This document shows, in pieces, positions 53,604-64,000 of a stretch of DNA of 64,000 bases. The notes under the pieces are model-generated. The model was not told the DNA's origin. It made no database searches and was given only the letters and a program-made list of their open reading frames with translations. This DNA is from the human T2T-CHM13v2.0 reference genome, Homo sapiens. Position 1 is the first letter of the stretch. The number at the start of each line of letters is the position of its first letter. Made by a program: the position numbers and the translations under genes. The stretch lies in the NCBI RefSeq assembly GCF_009914755.1, contig NC_060942.1. One strand, written 5' to 3'.

Positions 53604-53896
53604 CAATGAGTTCAATAGAAATGTAATGCAAGCCACACATAAGCTTTACATTGTCTAGAGGCTGCATTTAAAAAAGTAGGTAAAATGTTTAAACATTTTA
53701 GCTCGATATATCCAAAATGCTATTATTTCAGCATTGCATTTATTTAAGTTATTCGTAAACTCTTTATACATTTGTCAAACTAAGTCTTTGAAACTCTGCA
53801 CAGTTTAGATTGACAGCACGTCTCATTTCAGACTAGCCACTTCTCAAGTGCTAAATAGCCCCATGGGCCTAGTGGCCAAAGTTTTGGACAGCATAG
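53604..53896. mobile_element. MER33 (hAT-Charlie)
   Basis: CAATAGAAATGTAATGCAAGCCACA...AAACTAAGTCTTTGAAA...CTAGCCACTTCTCAAGTGCTAAATAGCC...TTGGACAGCATAG. Confidence 0.8.
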
Positions 53897-55129
53897 CTTG
53901 AGAACTCATCCACATCAGAAGATTTTAGATTGTTAAAGAACAGAAGCCTACAAAGTCTATGCAGGACATCAACATATAAAAGATAAAAGAAGGATGGCTT
54001 TAGTTGGAGTGGAAGTCTGGGACCCCTTCCCGCATGGATCCCTTAACTGTCACAATGGCCTCTCTCTGAAGCTGCCTGGCTCCAAGAACAAAGTTTGACA
54101 TTCTCCCTACTCTCATTCAATGCCATACATTAAACAGGAGGGAGCCAAGAACTACAGAGGTGAAGCAGTTTTCCTCCCTGGGACAAAACTGAAACTGCAG
54201 ACCTCCTGGCTCTCAGCTCATGTATATCTAGTCCGAGAAGGGAGCAAGCCCATCATAAACAGGCAGGTTACAAAAAGACACTGTTCTCATCAACCCCTAG
54301 CTGGAACCAGCTCCACTGCCAATTTCATGGACAAGATCATTAACAGTGAGGTGTTTTCTCAGTTTTTGGAGGAAAAGAATAGAGGGGGTAGAATAGAGTG
54401 AAAAGAACATATTGGTGGCCATTCATGTAAAATGCTCAACTTTCTAACAGTATAAAAGAGGTCAAAGAGTATCATTTATTAAGCACCAACTATATTTGGT
54501 AGACAGGCAGTGTGGTTGAAGGTCATTGTTCCCTTCTTATGACACTGCTCCTCACAAGAGTGAATGACACAAGCTGATGGGTCCAGATTTCGAGTGGGAC
54601 CCTCACTGAGCAGGAAAGGTCCCAGGCAGCAGGCTCTCACCCATTTCATGCTCCCTCCACACTAGGGGACTGTTAGGCTGAACAAGGACCTCCTTGCAGG
54701 TCGGCCCTCCTGTGTGCTTTCATTTCTTCCTCTCACTTTAGATTGGTGGAGTGTAGTGATGAGATTGACAATAACTGGAGAAGGAATGGCAGTATAAAGA
54801 GATGCCAATATGATCCTTGAATCCAAATGAAAAGCTATAACACAACTGAAGGAGTAAGTGCCTTGTGTTAGAGGTTTGGGAATCCATTTGTGATTAAATG
54901 ACCCAACCATTCACTCATATTTACCTAGTATCTATAAAAGTAGTGATAATAATCCCTGCCCTCATGGAATTTACTATTCTTTGTACATTTACTCTATTTA
55001 GGGATTCATTGAGAGAGAATTATAGGTGAAACAGCGCAAACAGATTCCCAAATTTCTAGCCACAATTCCATCATAATACCATGAAAGCTCCACCATACAA
55101 TTCTTCAGTACTAAACATTAATTAGTCAC

Positions 55130-55300
55130 TCTATAAGCATTATGTAGTTAAGTCTAATAATAACTCTGAAGCAAGGATTAATATCCCGCATCTTATGGAT
55201 GGAGAAAGCAAGGCATGAGGAAACCAAATAATTTGACCAAGTCCTAGCAGCTAACAAATGGTGGAAATGGACTCAACTTTGTCTATGACCCTGATACTCC
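55130..55300 (-). mobile_element. MIR
   Basis: AACTCTGAAGCAAGG...ATCCCGCATCTTATGGATGGAGAAAGCAAGGCA...AATTTGACCAAG. Confidence 0.65.
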
Positions 55301-58300
55301 TGTGACTTCCATTTAACCACACCTTTGTGTCTAGAACATTAATGATCTTTATTAAAAAAAAAAAAAAACTCTTCCAAATTTGAGCATTTTGCTTGCTTCC
55401 AAAATAAAGTGCTGTTCCCGTGGAGAAAATTAAACTAAATAAATAGAAAATAAGCTACTTTCTTGATCCAGATGTATCACTATATCCCCTATGTCTGATT
55501 ATTAATCCACATCATTTTTTGTATTATTTATGTACTCCATAGTCACTGGACTTTCTCTTTTGTCAAAAAGGGGGCTGGTTTCCCTGGAGTGAATGCAGCC
55601 TCTTCACGCCATGTCACCAATGGCCACGAAGCAAGCCTATAACTTGTAATAGACCTGTTAATAGCAACCTAAGGAAGGAGAAAAATCAGAAATTCTAGTG
55701 GGGGGCGGGGGGAAGGAACTCATAAAATTAAGATTTGTTAAGGAACTACTCTGCACAAGGCCTATATCTATGCTGTCTCATTTAGTTGGTTTATAGTGAC
55801 ATTCTTGAAGCTTTATTGAAAATAACAGGGATCTAGAGGGTTGAAGAGCCGTGAGAAGTGCCAGCTGCAGTTCAAGTAAGACCCATGTTGAAAAATAATG
55901 TAAAAACTCAGCCTGAAAGGCTTAGACAGGAGAGCTCAGGTCTTCCTGACTCAGGGTTAAAGAAGATCAGAAATCTGTAAGTGAGCCCTAAGGAGCCCAT
56001 TAGATGGATTGAGGGAGTAATTTCAGCTAAAATGTTAATGACTGAAAATGGCATAGGGGAATGCACTTACAGGAGAGGTCCCAGGAGAGAGAAAGACATA
56101 TTCAGTTGATGATGAGTAAGTTCTTCCCATTCCCAGCAGCTATACCAGTTGCTCAGAATCCTCTATAGAACTTATTCCAACCCCAAACTTTGAGACCTCC
56201 TTTTTATGAACATATCCAATTAACTCCGATCTTCTTACCTGGCATTCAGACAAATCTGCTTGTCACCTGCCCATTCAGTCTATTTCCACTTTGCTTTGAC
56301 TTGTTGTGCTGATATTTTCCATTTCTAAATCTCTAAGTTCTTTTAGCTAACATCTAAAAGTTCCACTCTTAAAATTACTTTCAGTCATTTTTTCCTTCCC
56401 AAGCAGGTTCTTGGGAGCCCCTTGAGGCTAAGGGCAATGTGTTGAACTTTTCTTAGTTATTTACCACAGCATCCAGCAGAGTGTAGGACTTGTGGTTCCA
56501 TAGATGCTCATAGTTATATGCTGATGGAGACTGATAATTATTAATGGGGAGGAAAGAGGTACTCTAAAATGTTTCTCTAGGGGACCCAGAATTAGGACTT
56601 ATAACATTGGATGTAATGTAACATCAATTGTCATGTTTTTAATCCCTGGAATTAAGTTCAATATTATCTTAGACAATTTAGATTTACATCCTAGCTTACT
56701 CTAAGAATCATTTTGTCTATTATTTTATGTTTTGTTTCTTGTCAGTATTGCCAGAAACTATTAACATTTTAAGATGCTTGGAAAATACAATTTAACAAAA
56801 ACCATCCTTGGGAGGACACAGCCCTCGCATGATCTCCTTTTTAACAAGGACAGATTCTAACAGTTTTTTGTTTCCATTCTGCTTAGCTGTAAGGTGATAA
56901 TACTCATCCCTTGTATCACAGAGGACTAATGACCTATTCAACTGAACACTAGCTTCTTACAACATATTAACCAAATGCATGTCTTGACCTTTTGTAGTTT
57001 CTCTCCACGGTATCATATTTTCTTTGGGCTTGCATTAGAGCATTCTACTTTAAATGGAAAGCCAGCTTCAAGCTTCACCATCTTCCAGGCTTGATGCAAT
57101 ATGAGGTTGCAAGTTTGCTACTAAAGTTAGGAGCTCATCTCTCCCCAGAGAAATTGCCCAAAACCCTATACTATAGGAAGTCCTACTATGAGACTTCCTA
57201 AAGTACACACTATCTCGAATTGTCTTTGGCCCCCTCCCCTCAGACACTATCCTAGGCAAGTCCTTGAATTGGGTAGTGCAGTAGGGGTTGGGGGGAGCAC
57301 CGAGGGAGCCTGTTTATATTGTTTTCCTTAGCACATAATATGTAAACAAAAGGCAAGCTAGAAGGACAAATTCTGGATTTGCTAATCATATAATGATAAT
57401 AGAACAAAACTAATTAAAAACATCACTCATAATAAAGGCCAACATCTCTTGTATACTCAACATGAGCCAGGTTCCATGCTAGATCTGTGTAAGTAATAAG
57501 ATTTGGAGGAGTCTCGGCTTACTGGGGCTTTTGGAGGGCATGGAGACTATTTTTTTCTGTTAATAATTGTCCCCATTATGCTTTATGGGATTCTGTCATC
57601 CTTACAGGATGGAGTAAAGAATCTTACCAAGATTTCTGACCCCTTAACTTCCTTAACAGTGATCAGTCTCATACTGATTCTCAGAGACCCATCCCTTTTC
57701 ATTTTAAACTTGTAGACTCACTTTAAAACCAAAGTTCTCTTTTCTACAGAGTAGACTTTGAGGTTCAAGCAGCTGAGCATGGGGGCCCTGGCCCGTTCGC
57801 ACCCACTTGCTCTTCTATGCTTTGCCCTACAAGTTGGGGTGAAGGGAGGAAGAAAATGGGTAGGTTTCCCCCTGTAATGTCCCCACAGCATGGTGGGGTC
57901 CTCCTGCTTCTCTGGGGGTTGCCTCTGTGTTATAGACATCCCATGCCAGCTCTTTTAGGGTTCGGGGAGGTACTGGAGCCTCCCACTGCACAGCTTCTAA
58001 CCTGGAAGATCTGCTGTGGATACCACTTCTCTTGCTCTCCCTCAGACACCTCCCTGCGAGGGGCAGCCCCTGGGACACTCAGGCAGGAAGGCTCAAGTGT
58101 CTTGGGAAGACTGAGCTCCCTCATTCCTTCCTGCCCCTTTGTCCTGCCCCACAGCACTGGAAGCCATCAGCCTCCAGTCCCCAACTCAGTACAGTTGAAC
58201 TTCGGGCAACTTCAAAATTGACAGCAATTCTGGGGTCTCCCACCAGGAATGTGGTAAAGGACAGGAAAGGCCTCACTACCCAAAGGGTAGGGCTTCTCCA

Positions 58301-58609
58301 ATATCCAAAGTCTGGCAGTGGCAGAGGTGGGACATAAGGGTAAACTCTGTAAACCAGCAGCTGGTCCTAGTACTAACACCTTCCTGAATTTAGAATATAA
58401 CTAACTAAAAGCATCTGTACTCAGTTCAGGGCTTTGCCACACTTCTAGGAAAACATGAAAAACACCACTAGACTTTCTATTACACAAACATTATTCCATG
58501 TAATACTCAAATCATTCCTATTAGGAAAGTATTAGCCTCATTTTACAGATGAGATTTATGTTTTTAAATAAAGTAGAAGCACTCTTGAGTGACATGGTTA
58601 CAATCAGTA

Positions 58610-59293
58610 GTTAATAATATATCTGGTCACACAATGAAACGGCCTCAAAGCAGTGCCACCCGGTAGCAGTGACTATACCCAGATCTGAATTTTTAAACAT
58701 GAAATGGAGAATTTCTATTTTCCAGTAAAAGGAAACAGCTTCTTGGACAAATGGCTACCTCTAGGGCTGAGGCAGGGAAATACAACATGAGTCCAGAGGA
58801 TTTACTGTAAGAGAAAGCAAAGCAGTAGTCAAAAAAGTGTCAAAAAATCAGGTCATGTTAAAGGGACACAGCTAATTTGAAAGATCTCTCAATGCCCAAA
58901 ACTAGAATAATTTGAACAATCACAACAACAAAAAATTAGTAACATAGTATTGGATCACAACCCAAAGTATGGGATAAATATGAGTTTATATTGATATAAA
59001 TGATTGAATAAATTGTGGGGCAAGTGGAGGAGGAACAAGTCTTCCTTTTATGTAAAGAATAAAACAACATGAGTAGATACTCTCCCTTCCTCTCCCAGGC
59101 TTGAGTACCAGCTGGACTTAGTGACTCACTTTCAGAGAATAGAGTATGGAACAGGATTGTAACCTTACAGTGGAGAAACTTGACAGACACCACCTTAAGC
59201 AACTAGTGGAGTCCACCATTCCCAGTGAGACCATGTGGATAGCAAGTACCTGATATTATGAGAAGGGACTTCACCTCTGTGGTATTTTTTCCA

Positions 59294-59324
<31 letters not shown>

Positions 59325-59702
59325 CTTGTGTCAGCCTAAACATGGGGAGTGGTGGCGGAAAATCAGATAAACACAAATTGGGCAACATTCTACAAAGCAC
59401 ATGACTAATACTCCAACTTATTAAAGTTATGAAAATTAAGACTGAGAAACTGCTAGACTAAATGTAACATGGTAACCTGGATTGGATACTGGAACAGAAA
59501 AGGAACATTAATGGAAAAACTGAAATATGAAAAAAGTCTAGAATTTAATAATAACATAACAATGTTGGTTTCTTCGATTTGGCAAATATACCATGGTAAC
59601 ATAAGTTGGTAACTGTGGGGGAAACTGAGAAGTATACTGGAATGTTTTATCTTGGCAACTTTGCTATATATCTAAAATTTTTCTAAAATATAGTTTTTTT
59701 TA
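58610..59702 (+). mobile_element. L1MC3/4-like 3' region
   Basis: CTCTAGGGCTGAGGCAGGGAAA, GGACTTAGTGACTCACTTTC, TTACAGTGGAGAAACTTGACA, CTGGATTGGATACTGGAACAGAAAAGG. Confidence 0.8.
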
Positions 59703-61230
59703 AAGTTGAGGTGAAAAGTCTTCAAAAATACATTCTTAAATGTATTTCCTCTTAAGTATGTAAATGTACATTCATTATCTATTGTTAGAAATGACACTAA
59801 GGTGATTTCTTCAAATATGGATCCGCTGACTGAACTTCATTTTTCCTAAAAAATTGTAACCACAGAATTAGGCATCTATAATTTTCAATTTTAGTTTAAG
59901 TAGTGATTTGAAGGAATTGAAAAGCCTTCTGATGCCACTGTCATTTTAGAGTTAATATTTTTCCAATCCTTTACAGCTAATGTTATATTCAATGAGTTTA
60001 CTTTAATTAAAATTTGTAATAAATTTTATGTAATGAATACACAAAAAAGGGAGTCCAGCAAAATAAATGTTCACGTACCCATTACTTGGCTTCCACTTTT
60101 AAACAATATTTTTCTGATTTCGATATATACTTTCTTAAATATTTTAAAGCAAATCCCTATCACATTTTGCCACCCATACTTGTGGAACATCCCCAGAATC
60201 ATAAGACCTTCCCTCTAAATAACCACCATGCCTTTATCACAACCAACAAGATTAACTCTAATGCCACAGTATCATCTAATTCTCAATCCACATTCAAAGT
60301 TAATTAGAAAGCTCCTTTTTCTAGCAAATCACTTTAAGAAGGATTAAATTTGGTTTTATAAAAACTATAGCTTTCTTTTCATACTCACTTTGATGCACAA
60401 TTATCCCAATCTGGTGATATGATTGAGACAGACATAGTTAAAAGATGTAAACAGTCTTTATTGGTAAAGAATGTGGAAGTTTAGCTGTTTTGGAAACCAT
60501 TATTGAAATGAGTAACGTAACAGGAAAAAAAAAAAAAAAGACCAACCAAATGCCCAACAAAAAAAGTAACAGATTAAACAAACAGAGAACTGTACAAAGA
60601 AAACTATGCCCCAAGGGCATAGACATTATCCTGTAGGCAATGGGGTGCCACTGAATGATTTTGGACCAGGCAGTGTTAATAATGAGTTTATTTTTCCACT
60701 TTCACTGAAAGATTAACTAGGAGAAACAGGGAATCTGAGAATGGAAGCAGAGAGGCAAATTTGCAAAAGGAGGTATTATAATATCTTAAGAGGGAAAATT
60801 TTTTCCTATTCCCATTATTTCTCTTGAAGTGAAGGAAGTTCCACAAACTGAAGCCAGCCCTGGCTTCTCTCTATCCCCTAACTCATTCCCCTACCCCAAG
60901 AGGAGGAATTTAAAAATCAGAAAATGGGCATGCATATCCACTCATTATGCTGCTGTGAACATTTGGGAGTAAAAGAATAAAACATGCCCATATGAAAACA
61001 TGTTTCCAGTTGTTCATAGCAGCATTATTCACAATACCCAAAGGTATATCAACACATAACTAAAACGTAGTATATCCACACAACTGAATGGCAGTCAACC
61101 ACAAAAAATGAAGGGCTACATTCATATGCTACAAATAGACAAACCTTGAAAACTCTATGCTAAGTGAAAGAAGCCAATCACAAGATCCCCCATACTGTAT
61201 GTGTCCCATACTATATGCGAACATATTAAA

Positions 61231-61339
61231 CCTTATGTGCCCCATTATTATGTTGTGTGCTTTAAAAGAGCCTTGTTTTAAAAACTTTAACACTGAACTA
61301 ATACATATGCTGATGTCCTGAAGAAATTTCACCCATTCT
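61231..61339 (+). repeat. Dispersed ~110-bp duplicate, copy 1 (paralog at 63838-63947)
   Basis: CCTTATGTGCCCCATTA...AACACTGAACTAATACATATGCTGA.GTCCTGAAGAA.TTTCAC.CATTCT occurs twice in the same orientation. Confidence 0.93.
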
Positions 61340-61354
61340 TTTATTTAATGTCCA

Positions 61355-61810
61355 TGCTATGAACAGAATGGTTGTATCATGCCCCAAAATTCACGTTTTA
61401 ATACTAACCCCTAATGTGATCCCCAAAATTCACATGTTTTAATACTAACCCTAATGTGATATTAAGAGATGGGGCCTGTAGGAGGTGATTAGGTCATAAG
61501 GGTATCGTCCTCACGAGTAGTATTAGTGCCCATTAGAAAAAGACATGCGATTGAGCAGGACAGACTGGAGAGAAAAAAAAAAAAAAAGAAAAAAAAAAAA
61601 AACATGGGAGAGCTTGCTTTCTCACTCCCTGCTCTCTACATTTGAGTATACAAGGAGAAGGCAGCTATCTGCAAACAAGAAGAAAGCCCTCAGATACCAC
61701 ATCTGCCAGCACCTTGATCTTGGACCTTCTAGCCTCCAAAACTGAGAAATTTCTGTTAAGTTACCCAGTCTACGGTATTTTTGTTATAGTAATCTAAGCA
61801 GACTACGACA
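61355..61810 (+). mobile_element. MLT1A/MSTD-like LTR with an internal ~40-bp tandem duplication
   Basis: TGCTATGAACAGAATG...GGAGGTGATTAGGTCAT...ATCTGCCAGCACCTTGATCTTGGAC...GACTACGACA. Confidence 0.87.
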
Positions 61811-62983
61811 GTTTAGAATAGACATAGCCATAGAGACAAAGTTGTTGCCAGAGGTAGGGAAGAGGGAATGGGACATAATTGCTAATGAGTTCAGGGTTTT
61901 TTAGGGGATGACGAAAATATTGTGAAATTAGGTCAAGGCAATTGTACAACCTTATGAATATAGTAAAAACCACTGAACTGTATACATTCACAAAGTAAAT
62001 TTATGGCATGTGAATTATATGCCAATAAGCTGTTTTTTTAAAAAAAAAAGGACATATTTGAAGAATTGAAGGGAACAAAATGAAATTTAAAGTGGTTTCT
62101 CATGGCCCATAGACTTCAGTGAGAGGCAGGGAGAGTCCACCCTGATGGTTTTAGTACCCCTACACTAGGTCACGTGGGTATGAACAGCTGTGCAGATGAT
62201 CTTTGCAAAGATTACACAACTTGGAGAATTGAAGGGACTAAGACTCTGCGAGCTTACTGTCATAAGGCTTGATGGAGTCAAAGCACATGGAGAAAATAAG
62301 CACTAGCAAGCCTCAGGGTCTGAGAGAGCTCCAGGTGCAACTCCCAAGGGTCCTTTCTTAGTCACAGAATCTACTTTATCTCCGGATTATGAATCGCCAG
62401 GATATTGGTGAGGAGCCTTGGTTTTGTTAGAGCTCAGGCAGAAGTTTCCAGTGGTTGTTTTATGTCCCACTAGTCATATAGCCCAAGCTGGTTATCCAGT
62501 TAAGTCAGGTGTAAGCCATCAACCTAAATCTCTAGACAATGCAAACAACTTAGCAGTGGTATATTTTAAATTACTAACTTGCCCACTAATCCTTATCTTG
62601 GCCAAGAAGTCAGTTCCAGGCTTACTTGGTCAGTTCCAGACTTCCAGACATCCTCAGAAATAAATAGAGCTGTATAAACCCAGCTGTAAAATAACTCAAT
62701 CATAAACAGCCTTTAACTGCTGTGGCCTGGGAAATAAGTTCCAAGTTTTAAGCCTCAAGATATTTTTATTCTTGCAGGCGACCATTCAAAGAATGACTGC
62801 TACTTGGAAAGCATGGCATCAAGGAGAGCTGGAGGTCACAGTGGTTTAACGTAGAATGATGTGGCCACAGGCTGGCCTGGCATTCCAGATTAGCTAAACA
62901 GGGATTAGACATTTTAGGGCCTAGATGGGCAGAACAACTTTTGTGCTTTTAAAACTGAAAGAAATCAGTTCTGCATGTCCTGC

Positions 62984-63188
62984 AACAGTAGATCTCAGCC
63001 AAGATGATTTTGCCTCCCTAGGGATATTTGGGGATGTCTTTAGACATTTTTGTTGTCACACTTGGGGTGGGTGGGTGCCGTGGGCATCTAGAGGATGGAG
63101 GTCAGCAGTGCAACTAAATATCCCTCAGTACACAGGGCAGCTTCCAACCAAAAACAAACAAACATAAAAAGAACTATCCAGCCCAAGT
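62984..63188 (+). mobile_element. MER20 (hAT-Charlie)
   Basis: TGATTTTGCCTCCCTAGGGATATTTGG...AGACATTTTTGTTGTCACA...GGCATCTAG...AAGAACTATCCAGCCCAA. Confidence 0.85.
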
Positions 63189-63837
63189 TACAAGGGTAAC
63201 CTATAACTCACAAGGTGAATTTACAAGGCCAAGTCATTTCTCCACCACGTAGTCTAGTTCAGTCTGATTGGCTTAATCACATATGAGAAGAAACCTTCCT
63301 TAGGAGACAGGTTATTTAGGCCTAAGAAATTCCATAATACAAAGCTAAAGATGCCTGCCCAGCAGAGAAGATGGAAGCCTCATCACTAATCAGAACCTAC
63401 ACATGATTTAGTACTGTAGCAAGCAAAACAAAAAAGGAAGGGGAAAATAAAGTTTTTTTATTTGAAGTTTTTTTTTTTTTTGAATTTGCTGAAGCAGAAG
63501 GAAAGGGCTCTCAAATACTATCAGGGAATTGTGACAACCACCACCGAAAATTTAATTTACTCAAACACCATGTCTGTGATACAAGGCCATATGCCTAAGT
63601 GGGCTTTTCCCATAACATGGTAGAGCCAGAATTACTGGACAATTATTCCCAATAGAACTTAAACGGGCATCCATTGGTCAGCATCCCAATGAAGCTAAAA
63701 GTAAAATTTGCCCTCTCACTGGCATAATTTTTGACAGCAATGCAACCTGGATTCTAAGAATAATTTCATCAGAGAAAACTGGTCTACAGGCTTAGAAATG
63801 ACTTATTTTCTAAATTATGGGCCTAGTGATGTAAAAG

Positions 63838-63947
63838 CCTTATGTGCCCCATTACTACTTTGTGTGCTTTAAAAGAGAGCCTGGTTTTAAAAACTTAACA
63901 CTGAACTAATACATATGCTGAAGTCCTGAAGAAGTTTCACTCATTCT
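63838..63947 (+). repeat. Dispersed ~110-bp duplicate, copy 2 (probable donor)
   Basis: Aligns to 61231-61339 with scattered substitutions and indels; lies in apparently unique sequence. Confidence 0.93.
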
Positions 63948-64000
63948 AGGCTGCAACTGTGAGAAGAATGCCAATTCCACCCAGCTGTCTCCAACCAGCT

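Larger units (their letters stand above)
60960..62045 (+). mobile_element. L1MB-type 3' end, interrupted by a templated insert and an MLT1A
   Basis: GTTCATAGCAGCATTATTCACAATA...GCTAAGTGAAAGAAGCCAATCACAAG, resuming after 61810 with AGAATAGACATAGCCATAGAGACA. Confidence 0.82.

Noticed and set aside
55600-55715. CCAAT/CCACG and GC-box motifs suggestive of an ER-stress element or promoter
   Set aside because: Spacing fits neither ERSE (CCAAT-N9-CCACG) nor ERSE-II; no CpG island.
57718-58337. Overlapping ORFs up to 134 aa
   Set aside because: GC-richer non-coding patch without splice or domain evidence.

Overview
This is primate (human-like) genomic DNA, AT-rich and CpG-depleted, and appears to be intronic or intergenic. 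I recognise no intact host protein-coding exon. The long ORFs in the track are Alu or L1 read-throughs or chance ORFs. A large share of the window is interspersed repeats: about 12 Alu/FLAM copies, about 10 L1 pieces (including a two-ended L1MA2/3-like copy with an internal deletion), L2, MIR, L3/CR1, MaLR LTRs (THE1C, THE1D, MSTB, MLT1), hAT relics (MER5A, MER20, MER33, MER45, MER58A), and a truncated HERV-H (env tail plus full LTR7-type LTR) nested in an AluJ inside an old L1. I find no convincing novel multi-gene system. The most notable signals are: (1) DNA-rearrangement scars, namely a 42-bp-arm fold-back hairpin at the truncated edge of an MLT1, a ~110-bp insertion copied from 2.6 kb away, and a tangle of direct and inverted micro-repeats; (2) the HERV-H remnant, which starts at an internal TG yet retains an apparent target-site duplication (TSD); (3) a unique, relatively CpG-rich block at ~38.7-39.3 kb with promoter and exon features. 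Repeat subfamily names come from recalled consensus sequences and should be confirmed with RepeatMasker/Dfam; boundaries of old repeats are approximate.
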